Origin: Massilibacteroides sp.
GTDB lineage: Bacteria > Bacteroidota > Bacteroidia > Bacteroidales > Tannerellaceae
DNA length: 64,000 bases
Direction of reading: 5' to 3'
Assembly (NCBI RefSeq): GCF_028705895.1
Contig: NZ_JAQWCQ010000014.1
Location: forward strand, 609-64,608
Part shown: in pieces, positions 10,184-19,551 of the stretch
Numbering within the stretch: the stretch's first letter is position 1
How the letters are laid out: each line of letters starts with the position of its first letter
The notes under the pieces: model-generated
What the model was told of the DNA's origin: nothing
The model's input: the letters and a program-made list of their open reading frames with translations, nothing else
Databases searched by the model: none
Program-made: the position numbers and the translations under genes

Positions 10184-11368
10184 TCATATGCCGTCAATTT
10201 CAGTGAAATCTTTCTTCTCTTTCTTGTATAGTTTTCGGTATTCAGCAGGAGATATCGACTTATATTTACGGAAAATGCGGGAAACATTCTTGTAATCGTC
10301 AAATCCTGATTGAATTGCAGCATCCGGCAGGTGAAGATCTGTACTCAAAAGAAGTTTAGTGAAATGATTGATCCGGTGGTCGAGTACGCATTGATAAATC
10401 GACGTTCCGATTGTGTCTTTAAAACGTTTCTCAAGAACTCGCCTTGAATAAGGAACAAGATCCACCAGATCATCCACCGAAATAGATTTGTTGAAGTTCT
10501 CTTTGATATGATTCAGAATCTTCTGAAGATATTCGTCAGAAACAGCATATTTCTCTGTTGAAGCTCTGTTTTCAATATATAAAGGTTCCACCACAATATT
10601 AAAAGCTTCTTTCGTTCCGCATTTAATCGATTGATACAATTGTTTAGCAGCCTGGTATCCTCCATTTTCCACATCTAAAACAATAGAAGAAAGCGTAGGT
10701 GAGGAGAGATTGCATAATAGTTCATCATTATCTACTCCGAGTAATGCAATTTCATCCGGAATACTAATATTTGTAATATTACATGTTTCCGATATTTGTA
10801 ATGCGTAATAATCATCGCAAGCAAAAAGGGCAACAGGTTTGGGTAGAGACTCCAGCCATTTACCGATTTGTTTTGTGTTGAACAACCATTCTTTTGTGTT
10901 CGGATTCTTATTCTCCAATATATCACATTGATATCCGGCTTTCTCGATCCGGTCTTTGTAACCCGCTCCTCTTTCTCGTGACCAGATCGCATTTTGGTAT
11001 CCGTAATAAGCAAAATTCCGGAAACCTTTATTCAGGAAAAAATCGGCAGCCATCACTCCGGTATTGTAATAATCCCCTGTCAGGTTAGATATATACTTAC
11101 TCCGTTCATGGTAATTCTGTACGATAATAGGAATATCAAGCGTATTAAGCTCTTCCAGATTAATGTCTCTCAACTGGGCAATGATAGCATCCGCTTTCCA
11201 TTTTTTCGCAAAAGACACTACCGCATCTTCGCCGTGCATCATTTGATAATACACCGGCATTCTCAGGAAAGACCAGGTTCCAACCTCTCTTGAATAGCGG
11301 ATGATACCCTCTAATAATCGCCTGCTATACCCACTGGAAAAATCTGTAAGAACAAGTATCTTCAACAT
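10184..11368 (-). CDS. XylR-like regulator: periplasmic-binding-protein-fold sugar sensor domain fused to an AraC-type HTH
   Basis: 394-aa ORF. The N-terminal ~270 aa look LacI/PBP-like (LFACDDYYALQ, LLGVDNDELLC). The C-terminal ~100 aa form an AraC HTH (SVDDLVDLVPYSRRVLEKRFK...YKNVSRIFRKYKSISPAEYRK). Confidence 0.8.
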   Translation of the reverse strand: MLKILVLTDFSSGYSRRLLEGIIRYSREVGTWSFLRMPVYYQMMHGEDAVVSFAKKWKADAIIAQLRDINLEELNTLDIPIIVQNYHERSKYISNLTGDYYNTGVMAADFFLNKGFRNFAYYGYQNAIWSRERGAGYKDRIEKAGYQCDILENKNPNTKEWLFNTKQIGKWLESLPKPVALFACDDYYALQISETCNITNISIPDEIALLGVDNDELLCNLSSPTLSSIVLDVENGGYQAAKQLYQSIKCGTKEAFNIVVEPLYIENRASTEKYAVSDEYLQKILNHIKENFNKSISVDDLVDLVPYSRRVLEKRFKDTIGTSIYQCVLDHRINHFTKLLLSTDLHLPDAAIQSGFDDYKNVSRIFRKYKSISPAEYRKLYKKEKKDFTEIDGI

Positions 11369-11981
11369 AATAACTCTTTTCTTTTATCATCGTATTCCTA
11401 AACAGACAAGTCGTTTTGTGGCGGAATTCAACATGTCTGGAGCTTGATGACGCTATAAAACTACTATAAAAATAAAAAGAAACATCTACAATAGACTTGT
11501 TTTGCTCCGGTCTTTAACATATTCCATATAGAAAACTTTATTTATGTGATATTACTTATTGAAATGTATTCCGTAAAAACGTCAGAAATTGCGAATATCG
11601 AAAAGAAATAGGGTTGTAGTTGTTGAAAACGAAAAAGAACCTTGCGCTGTTTGTTTTTTTGTTCTTCTAATCGTTGATCGATTAGAAAACAGCTGCTGAG
11701 ATAGAATGAAAAAAGAATATATGTTGTTTGTAAAGCCACTTATATGTTGTTCTGGAGGTCTATCTTTGCTTATATAAATTCATAATAGTAAAATAAATAG
11801 TTCATAATTGAGTTTTATCACTAGTTGACTTAAATCAGGGGAAAGAAACAGGAATTACGTGAGTAATGCCTGTTTTTGTTTTTATGTACATACGAATTCT
11901 CGTTCGTTGTCTTTATCTTTGTTCTTTTCTTTATTCTAATTATATACAACAGGGATTTAAGTTTAAGACCAAATATTCATA

Positions 11982-14288
11982 ATGATGAAATTAAAAGACA
12001 AAACTTTTGCAGGGCTGCTTGGCGTTGCCTTATGTGGTGGATTTGTATTGAGTGGACTGACTTCATGCAAACAAGAAGCAGTTATTGAGAATACGCCCAA
12101 TTTTACACAATATGTAGATCCTTACATCGGAACAGGAGATCATGGCCATGTTTTCTTAGGAGCTAACGTACCTTTTGGTGCCGTACAATTAGGCCCGTCT
12201 AATATTACTCAGGGATGGGACTGGTGTTCTGGTTATCATATTACTGATTCTACGATTCTGGGTTTTGCTCATACGCATTTGAGCGGAACAGGTATTGGCG
12301 ATTTAGGAGATATTGTTTTTATGCCTCTGACCGGAGATCCGGTTCTGAAAAGAGGAGTACCCGGTGATCAATCATCGGGATTATATTCTTTATTCAGAAG
12401 AGAAACCGAAAAAGTAAAACCGGGGTATTATGCCGTACACCTTGACCGTTATGATGTAGATGTAGAATTAACAGCAACCAAACGTGTAGGTTTCCATAAA
12501 TATACCTATCAGCCTGCTTCGGCTGCTGATCCGAGATTGGTTATAGATCTGACTGCCGGTATTGGTTGGGATACCCCGATGGAAGGTCATTTAGTTCAGG
12601 AAAATGATTCTGTAGTTTCGGGCTATCGTTTTTCTAAAGGTTGGGCGAATGATCAACGCATCTATTTTTCTGCCGTTTTTTCTGAACCGATAACTTCCTT
12701 CGCTGTTTATGATACAACGTCGGTTCAGGAAGGAAACAGTATTACTGCACGCAGAGCTTATGGTGTGATTAAGTTTGCCGCTGCAGATGAACCCAAAGAG
12801 GTATATGCCAAAGTGGCTGTCTCTCCTGTAAGTGTTGCCGGAGCTAAAGCAAATCTCGCGGCTGAACTTCCGGGTTGGAATTTTGAAGAAACAATTGTGG
12901 CCGCCGATAAAGCCTGGAACGAAGAATTGAGCAAGGTTCAGGTTACATCGAATGATGCTTCGGTTATGCGTACTTTCTATACGGCGTTGTACCATACAAT
13001 GATTGCACCTTCTGAATTCTGTGATGTAGATGGTTCTTATTTCGGTACGGATAAGGTAGTGCATGCAAATGATGGATTTAAGAATTATACTACTTTTTCT
13101 CTTTGGGATACTTACCGTGCGGCTCACCCATTGATGACCATTATTCATCCGGAAAAAATGCCGGACATAATCAATACAATGCTTCATATCTACAAACAAC
13201 AAGGAAAACTCCCTGTATGGCATCTTATGGCAAACGAGACCGATTGTATGGTCGGTAATCCGGGCATTCCTGTTGTAGCTGATGCGTATCTGAAAGGTTT
13301 CGGTGGTTTTGACAAGGATCTGGCATATGAAGCGATGAAAACATCGGCTTTATTGGATGAAAGAGGATTGGACTACTATAAAGAGTTAGGCTATATTCCT
13401 TATGACAAGCAAAACGAGTCGGTTGCAAAAGGACTTGAATATGCCTTAGCCGACTGGGCATTAGCACAGGTGGCAAAAGAACGAGATGAGACAGAAGACT
13501 ATAATTACTTCCTGTTGAGGAGTAATTCTTTTGTGTATTATTTTGATTCAAGTATAAACTTTGTGAGAGGAATCGATTCAAAAGGAAATTTCAGATCAGA
13601 GCCTCTTGATCCATTTAAATCCGTTCACCGTATAAATGATTATACAGAAGGAAATGCCTGGCAATATACCTGGTTAGTTCCACAAAATGTACAAGACCTG
13701 ATTGACTTGTTCGGCAGTGAAGAGAAATTTATTTCCAAATTGGATTCACTCTTTATTGTACAGGGAGATATGGGAGACGAAGCGTCTCCGGATATCAGCG
13801 GATTGATTGGGCAGTATGCACATGGAAATGAACCGAGCCATCACGTGCTGTATCTTTATCCCTATGTAGGTCAGCCTTGGAAAACAGCAGATAGAGTACG
13901 TGAAACAATGACAACACTTTACCATGATGCTCCGGCAGGACTATGCGGAAATGAAGATGTCGGTCAGATGTCGGCTTGGTATGTTCTCTCTGCCCTTGGC
14001 TTTTATCAGGTTGCGCCTGCAGGAGGTGTTTATGTCTTTGGTAGTCCTATCGTAAATGAAGCAGTTATAAAGGTCGGTTCCGGCAAGACGTTTACGGTAA
14101 AAGCAAATAACAATAGTGCAGACAATAAATACATCCAGAGCGTAACGCTTAACGGACAACCATATAGTAAATCCTATATCGACTTTAAGGATATTACCGC
14201 AGGAGGCGAATTAATTTTCGATATGGGAAACACCCCATCTGAAACATTTGGTGTTGCCCCTGAAGATCGTCCGCAGACGGTACAATAA
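11982..14288 (+). CDS. GH92 alpha-mannosidase, lipoprotein signal
   Basis: 768-aa ORF. The signal ends in a lipobox-like LTSC. GH92-typical blocks are present: YVDPYIGTG, FAHTHLSGTG, SLWDTYRA, GNEPSHH, CGNEDVGQMSAWY. Confidence 0.9.
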   Translation: MMKLKDKTFAGLLGVALCGGFVLSGLTSCKQEAVIENTPNFTQYVDPYIGTGDHGHVFLGANVPFGAVQLGPSNITQGWDWCSGYHITDSTILGFAHTHLSGTGIGDLGDIVFMPLTGDPVLKRGVPGDQSSGLYSLFRRETEKVKPGYYAVHLDRYDVDVELTATKRVGFHKYTYQPASAADPRLVIDLTAGIGWDTPMEGHLVQENDSVVSGYRFSKGWANDQRIYFSAVFSEPITSFAVYDTTSVQEGNSITARRAYGVIKFAAADEPKEVYAKVAVSPVSVAGAKANLAAELPGWNFEETIVAADKAWNEELSKVQVTSNDASVMRTFYTALYHTMIAPSEFCDVDGSYFGTDKVVHANDGFKNYTTFSLWDTYRAAHPLMTIIHPEKMPDIINTMLHIYKQQGKLPVWHLMANETDCMVGNPGIPVVADAYLKGFGGFDKDLAYEAMKTSALLDERGLDYYKELGYIPYDKQNESVAKGLEYALADWALAQVAKERDETEDYNYFLLRSNSFVYYFDSSINFVRGIDSKGNFRSEPLDPFKSVHRINDYTEGNAWQYTWLVPQNVQDLIDLFGSEEKFISKLDSLFIVQGDMGDEASPDISGLIGQYAHGNEPSHHVLYLYPYVGQPWKTADRVRETMTTLYHDAPAGLCGNEDVGQMSAWYVLSALGFYQVAPAGGVYVFGSPIVNEAVIKVGSGKTFTVKANNNSADNKYIQSVTLNGQPYSKSYIDFKDITAGGELIFDMGNTPSETFGVAPEDRPQTVQ

Positions 14289-14334
14289 AGTCAGCTTTGA
14301 AGCCTTTAAATTTTCATGGAATTTAAGGGTGAAA

Positions 14335-14398
14335 AAATATAAAGGTTATTTTCGGAAATATAAAGGATGTTTTTGCAAAAATATCCTTTATATTTTTT
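14335..14398. repeat. Copy R1 of the dispersed palindromic repeat family (core TATAAAGGATAT/ATATCCTTTATA)
   Basis: An upstream half-site AAATATAAAGGTTATTTTCGG (14335..14355) is followed by the palindrome 14356..14395 (19-bp arms, one G.T, centre GC at 14375..14376) and a T-run. It lies between the convergent GH92 and carbonic anhydrase genes. Confidence 0.8.
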
Positions 14399-14431
14399 CA
14401 TATATTAGTATGCGTATTTTTTCTTTGATTT

Positions 14432-15145
14432 TCAATCTTTATTTTCGAGGGCTGTTTGGGTGAATTTTACAGCCCCTTTTTTCATGTCGTAGATGCCTCC
14501 GATAATGTCTATATCTCCTTTTTCCTTCATCTCTTTTAGTATGCTGCTTTTGTCTAAGATTTCCCGGATGGAGAGTTGTACATTACAAAGGCAAACTTTA
14601 TCCATGAATAATTCGTTTTTTGATGTTTGTTCTCCTTCGAAGTCTTGTTTGGCCAAGGCTACGGCGGGACGAATTTTGTTTAGCAGCTGAGTTATATTAC
14701 CCATTTCAAGATTGTCTATCGTAGATTTTATGGCACTGCAGTATTCATGCCCTAAGACAAGGATTAGTTTTGCTCCTGATACTTTACAGGCGATTTCCAG
14801 ACTTCCCAATATATCATCATTTACGATATTTCCGGCAACACGGGCTACAAATAAATCGCCGATTCCACAGTGGAAAATATCTTCCACAGGAACTCGGGAA
14901 TCAAGACAGGATAACACAACAGCCATAGGGTATTGCCCTAAAGACGCATTTCGTATCCTCCCGGAGTTGTTACGGACAGTTAAATGGTCTCTGACGAAGT
15001 CTTGATTCCCTTTTTTGAGAATGTCTAATACTAAGTGTGGGGTAAGTTTTGCTTGCTCTTCAGCAGTCAGGACATGGCCTGAGAGAATATCCTTTTTAGG
15101 GATGTGTTCCATTCTGTTTCCTTTTAAATTACTTACAGAAAACAT
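14432..15145 (-). CDS. Beta-class carbonic anhydrase
   Basis: 237-aa ORF with the beta-CA zinc ligand motifs CLDSR and GHEYC. The start is uncertain (M1 or the internal MEHIPKK). Confidence 0.8.
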   Translation of the reverse strand: MFSVSNLKGNRMEHIPKKDILSGHVLTAEEQAKLTPHLVLDILKKGNQDFVRDHLTVRNNSGRIRNASLGQYPMAVVLSCLDSRVPVEDIFHCGIGDLFVARVAGNIVNDDILGSLEIACKVSGAKLILVLGHEYCSAIKSTIDNLEMGNITQLLNKIRPAVALAKQDFEGEQTSKNELFMDKVCLCNVQLSIREILDKSSILKEMKEKGDIDIIGGIYDMKKGAVKFTQTALENKD

Positions 15146-15291
15146 TTAAAAAGAAAAGATTGTTCGGAGAAAACAACACGAAGATGATAAAACAGTATTT
15201 TTGTTAAATGAATGTAGATAGTTTGATTTTTAGATAACTTTCAGTTTATTTGTAGTGTTATATAGTATATAATCGTAAAAAGAGAAAAGGT

Positions 15292-15879
15292 ATGAAAAAG
15301 TGTATAGGTTTTCTTTTGGCAATGTTGTTGTTGAGTGTCGCTTCGGCGTCTGCTCAGATAGCATTTGGGGTGAAAGGAGGGCTGAATATATCAAAAGTTC
15401 ATTTTAATAGTGATCTGATTGATAGTGATAATCTTACCGGATTCCAGATTGGTCCTATGATGGAATTTATTGCTCCTGCAGCTGGTGTAGGGATGGATGT
15501 TGCATTGATTTATTCGCAGAAAGGACTTGAACTTAAATCAGAAAATTTAAAAACCGATTATTTAGATATTCCGGTTAACCTGAAATGGAAGTTTGGTCTT
15601 CCTGTATTTAAAGGTTATGTGTCAGCGGGGCCTTACGCTTCGTTCCGAATCGGTGGTGATAAGGTGTGGAAAGTAGTTGACCAACAAATCAAAGCTAAAA
15701 ACTTTGGTGCAGGCCTGAATTTTGGTGCAGGTGTTGAGGTGATTAAGCATTTACAGGTTGGTGTGAATTATGATTTGGGACTGACGAATAATTACAGCGC
15801 AGGAATCGGACTTTCTGATGCCGATAAAGCTGCGGGAAAATTAAGAGGCTGGTCTGTTACGGCTGCTATTTTATTCTGA
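15292..15879 (+). CDS. Outer-membrane beta-barrel (porin-family / OmpA-N-like) protein
   Basis: 195-aa ORF with a signal peptide ending ASAQ, alternating amphipathic beta-strand pattern and a C-terminal aromatic residue (AAILF). Confidence 0.65.
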   Translation: MKKCIGFLLAMLLLSVASASAQIAFGVKGGLNISKVHFNSDLIDSDNLTGFQIGPMMEFIAPAAGVGMDVALIYSQKGLELKSENLKTDYLDIPVNLKWKFGLPVFKGYVSAGPYASFRIGGDKVWKVVDQQIKAKNFGAGLNFGAGVEVIKHLQVGVNYDLGLTNNYSAGIGLSDADKAAGKLRGWSVTAAILF

Positions 15880-15900
15880 CCGTATAAAAGATAAGGAAAA

Positions 15901-15930
15901 GGCCGGACTCGTATAGTCCGGCCTTTTTTT
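15901..15930 (+). terminator. Intrinsic terminator
   Basis: GGCCGGACT (15901..15909) pairs perfectly with AGTCCGGCC (15915..15923) across a 5-nt loop, followed by T7 (15924..15930). It lies 22 nt after the OMP stop. Confidence 0.8.
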
Positions 15931-15960
15931 GTTACTTTTGGCAGTATAAAATGTGAGTGT

Positions 15961-18426
15961 ATGACTTATGCCGATGTAATACTTCCTCTTTCCTTAGAGA
16001 ATAGCTATACGTACCGTGTTCCGGAAGATTTGGAGAAATCCATAGCTCCGGGTTGTCGTGTAATTGTTCATTTCGGGAAGAAACGTTATTATACAGCTAT
16101 TGTGATTCATGTGCATCAACGAGAACCGGACTCATCTTATGAAATAAAAACGATTCATAGTCTGTTAGACGTTACTCCGATATTACGCCGCCCGCAATTA
16201 AAGTTCTGGCAATGGATTGCTTCTTATTATTTATGCAAATTAGGAGATGTCTATAAAGCGGCTTTACCTGCCGGATTAAAGCTGGAGAGCGAAACTGTTA
16301 TTATGCTGAACGACGCTTTCGAAGCAAAGCTACCCTTACGGGCCAGTGAAGGAAAGGTGTTGGATGCTTTACGAGTGGGAGAGAAGTTGACCATTTCCGA
16401 TTTGGAAAAACGAACAGGAGTACGCAATGTGCTGCCTGTCTTGTCTTCTCTGTTATCTCTTGGGGCTATTGAAGTAAATGAAGAATTAAAACGTGGCTTT
16501 ACACCTAAGATGCAAACCTTTATTCGCTTGGCGGAGGGGTTTAAAACTGAAGAACGATTGCATGAGGCTTTTACTGATCTAAAACGTGCAAAGAAACAGG
16601 AAGAACTTCTGATCACTTATTTAGAATTGAGCCATGCCTTGAATCCGGCTTTATTTAAGGAGGTTTCTCAAAAAGAATTAGTAGAAAGTGCCGATGCAAA
16701 ACTAACTACCTTAAAGGAATTGTTTAAAAAGGGGATTCTCGAAGGTTACGAAAAAGAAATCGGCCGATTGCAAGTGCCTGTTTGTCGTTTGAAACCTCCA
16801 AAAGTTTTAACTGAGGCGCAACTTACTGCCTATAATGCAATCCACAGCAACTTTGAAACCCATGATGTCTGTCTTCTTTACGGAGCAACATCGAGCGGGA
16901 AAACAGAAATACATATTCATCTGATTGAGGAAGTGATGAAGATGGGAAGACAAGCCCTTTACCTGCTTCCTGAGATAGCGATAACAACTCAAATCACAGA
17001 ACGATTAGCCGCTCATTTTGGCGACCGTTTGCTGGTTTATCATTCTCGCTTTTCTGACAACGAACGTGTGGAAGTCTGGAATAAACTCTTATACGCGAAT
17101 GAGCCTTTGTTGATAGTCGGAGTACGTTCGTCGTTGTTTTTGCCGTTTAAAGATTTAGGGCTGATTATCGTTGATGAGGAACATGAAAATTCTTACAAAC
17201 AACAAGATCCCTCTCCTCGCTATAATGCTCGTAATGCATCTATCGTCTTAGCCAATATGCACGGAGCAAAAACTCTTTTAGCATCAGCTAGCCCGTCGAT
17301 TGACTCCTATTATAATGCTTTGACTGCAAAATATGGTTTGGTGGAACTTCCGACGCGCTATTCCAATACCCCTTCACCGGAAATTATTCCGGTTGACCTT
17401 AAGGAACTCAAACGCAAAAAGAAGATGAAGAAAGAGGCTTTGTTCTCTCCTTTGTTAATTGAAAAAATGGAACAAGCGCTGGCAAAAAAAGAACAAGTTA
17501 TTTTATTTCAGAATCGGCGTGGGTTTGCTCCCTTAGTAGAATGTAAAGATTGTGGTTATGTTCCCCATTGTTTGAATTGCGATGTAAGTCTTACCTATCA
17601 CAAACGACAGGGACGATTGGTCTGTCATTATTGTGGTTATTCTATCCATCTCAAAGAAGAATGTCCGGAATGTAAAGGAACGGATATACGGATGATGGGT
17701 TTTGGAACAGAAAAAGTGGAGGAAGAAATCGCCTCGTTGTTTCCCGCTGCCAAAACAGACCGTTTGGACTTTGATACGACGCGAACAAAAACGGCCTATG
17801 AACGTATATTGGCTGATTTCGATTCGGGAAAGACACAAATACTGATCGGAACGCAGATGATTTCAAAAGGGTTGGATTTCGCAAATGTGAGTGTGGTTGG
17901 AATTATCAATGCCGACAGCCTGATGAATTTCCCCGACTTTCGGGCGCATGAACGTGCTTATCAACTGATGGCGCAGGTCAGTGGACGAGCCGGACGACGA
18001 GAAACACCGGGAATGGTCGTACTGCAAACTTCCCAACCAGAACACCCACTCATCCGAATGGTCATGCGGTCGGCCTACAAAGAGATGGTAAAACTGCAAT
18101 TAAGTGAACGAAGCATGTTTAAATACCCACCTTACTATCGCTTGATTACTCTTGTTTTACGTAGCAGAAATGAAACCGCATTACGGGAATGTGCGACACT
18201 CTATGCAGACAAACTGCGTTTACTATTTGGCGATCGGGTCTTAGGCCCGGTTATTCCCGTTGTAACCCGCGTTCAGACACTTTACCTGCGAAATATCGTA
18301 TTAAAGATAGAAATAGCAGCCTCAATAGCCTCAACACGAGAGTTGTTGGAAAAAGTTTATACAGAGATGCAATCGGTCCCTTCTTTCAGACAGATCATTT
18401 TTCATTATGATGTTGACCCGGTATAA
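15961..18426 (+). CDS. priA: Primosomal protein N' (replication restart helicase)
   Basis: 821-aa ORF with Walker A GATSSGKTE, DEEH box (IIVDEEHENSYKQQD) and Cys-rich zinc-binding insert (CKDCGYVPHCLNCDVSLTYH...CHYCGY...CPECKG). Confidence 0.95.
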   Translation: MTYADVILPLSLENSYTYRVPEDLEKSIAPGCRVIVHFGKKRYYTAIVIHVHQREPDSSYEIKTIHSLLDVTPILRRPQLKFWQWIASYYLCKLGDVYKAALPAGLKLESETVIMLNDAFEAKLPLRASEGKVLDALRVGEKLTISDLEKRTGVRNVLPVLSSLLSLGAIEVNEELKRGFTPKMQTFIRLAEGFKTEERLHEAFTDLKRAKKQEELLITYLELSHALNPALFKEVSQKELVESADAKLTTLKELFKKGILEGYEKEIGRLQVPVCRLKPPKVLTEAQLTAYNAIHSNFETHDVCLLYGATSSGKTEIHIHLIEEVMKMGRQALYLLPEIAITTQITERLAAHFGDRLLVYHSRFSDNERVEVWNKLLYANEPLLIVGVRSSLFLPFKDLGLIIVDEEHENSYKQQDPSPRYNARNASIVLANMHGAKTLLASASPSIDSYYNALTAKYGLVELPTRYSNTPSPEIIPVDLKELKRKKKMKKEALFSPLLIEKMEQALAKKEQVILFQNRRGFAPLVECKDCGYVPHCLNCDVSLTYHKRQGRLVCHYCGYSIHLKEECPECKGTDIRMMGFGTEKVEEEIASLFPAAKTDRLDFDTTRTKTAYERILADFDSGKTQILIGTQMISKGLDFANVSVVGIINADSLMNFPDFRAHERAYQLMAQVSGRAGRRETPGMVVLQTSQPEHPLIRMVMRSAYKEMVKLQLSERSMFKYPPYYRLITLVLRSRNETALRECATLYADKLRLLFGDRVLGPVIPVVTRVQTLYLRNIVLKIEIAASIASTRELLEKVYTEMQSVPSFRQIIFHYDVDPV

Positions 18427-18488
18427 CCTGATTTTTATTAATATTGTAAGTTAATTCACTCACTTATATTATAATACGAAAATTTGTT

Positions 18489-19469
18489 ATGAAAAAGAAC
18501 TATCTGCTAATCCTGTTTTCAATTTTAGTTTTCCAAATGAATGGACAAACGCCTGCTATGATGTACGGAGATACAACGAGAGTAGGAGTTCCTTATTCAA
18601 AAGATCCGCATGTGGTTAAGTTTAAAGGGCGCTATTTAATGTATCATTCGTTACCTCCTCAAAATTGGGATACGCAGAATAGTGGATGGATAATCGGAGT
18701 GGCAGAAAGCAATGATTTGGTGAATTGGCAGAAAGTTGGGGAAATTACTCCTCAGCCGGGATTAGATTATGAGAAAAAAGGGATGTGTGCTCCCGGCGCT
18801 TTGGTCAGAGACGGAAAAGTACACCTCTTTTATCAAACCTATGGCAACGGGAAAAAAGATGCCATCTGTCATGCTGTTTCAGAAGACGGAGTGAATTTTA
18901 AAAGAAACCCGACTAATCCGATCTTTAATCCGACCGGTGACTGGACATGCGGACGGGCTATCGATGCTGAAGTCTGCCAGTTTAAAGACAAATACTTCCT
19001 TTATTTTGCTACGAGGGATAAGGATTTTAAAATACAAATGCAAGGAGTGGCTATTGCTCCTGAAACAACTGATTTTAATAAGGAAGATTGGGCGCAGGCA
19101 ACAAACAAACCTATTTTATCTCCCGAATTACCTTGGGAAGGCGAATGTGTGGAAGGAGCATCTATTGTGGAAAAAAAAGGAAGATTAGTTATGTTTTATG
19201 CCGGAGCATATAATAACAAACCGCAACAGATCGGAATAGCAGAAAGTAAAGACGGTATTGTCTGGGCTCGTCTTTCAAACGAACCATTTTTACGTAACGG
19301 AAAACCGGGAGAATGGAATTCAAGTGAATCCGGTCATCCGCATATCTTTGCTGATTCTGACGGAAGAACTTACCTGTTTTATCAGGGTAATAATGATAAC
19401 GGAAAGACATGGTTTCTGACTCAACAAGAAGTTGTCTGGAAAGATGGAAAGCCGGTTTTAAAACGCTGA
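18489..19469 (+). CDS. Secreted five-bladed beta-propeller glycoside-hydrolase-like protein (GH43/GH117/GH130-type fold; family not resolved by eye)
   Basis: 326-aa ORF with a signal peptide. It has repeated blade-like segments (DPHVVKFKGRYLMYHS; GKVHLFYQTYG; DKYFLYFATRD; GRLVMFYAG; GRTYLFYQGNN). Confidence 0.5.
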   Translation: MKKNYLLILFSILVFQMNGQTPAMMYGDTTRVGVPYSKDPHVVKFKGRYLMYHSLPPQNWDTQNSGWIIGVAESNDLVNWQKVGEITPQPGLDYEKKGMCAPGALVRDGKVHLFYQTYGNGKKDAICHAVSEDGVNFKRNPTNPIFNPTGDWTCGRAIDAEVCQFKDKYFLYFATRDKDFKIQMQGVAIAPETTDFNKEDWAQATNKPILSPELPWEGECVEGASIVEKKGRLVMFYAGAYNNKPQQIGIAESKDGIVWARLSNEPFLRNGKPGEWNSSESGHPHIFADSDGRTYLFYQGNNDNGKTWFLTQQEVVWKDGKPVLKR

Positions 19470-19551
19470 TAATAAATCTGAAGTTCATATTGCTTTATGG
19501 ACTCTTTTCCCTGAAAAATATAAAATATTATATCTAAACTAAATAACTAAT

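Noticed and set aside
11667-11685. The inverted repeat CTAATCG-TTGAT-CGATTAG, and a TATCTTTG box (11914..11921), in the regulator/GH92 divergent intergenic region as operator and promoter.
   Set aside because: The repeat has only 7-bp arms, and the -7-like box has no properly spaced -33 TTTG. It is plausible, but too weak to list as a feature without experimental or comparative support.
12591-13223. Long antisense ORFs inside well-supported genes: 12591..13223 (-) in GH92, 9638..10069 (+) in nagA, 40513..41001 (-) in the GFO gene, 58777..59373 (-) in hemN, 43507..43878 (-) in GH2, and 16251..16616 (-) in priA.
   Set aside because: They lie fully within genes whose sense-strand products have strong family signatures. 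Their translations are low-complexity or Arg/Ser/Ile-rich with no recognisable motifs. This is typical shadow-ORF behaviour.
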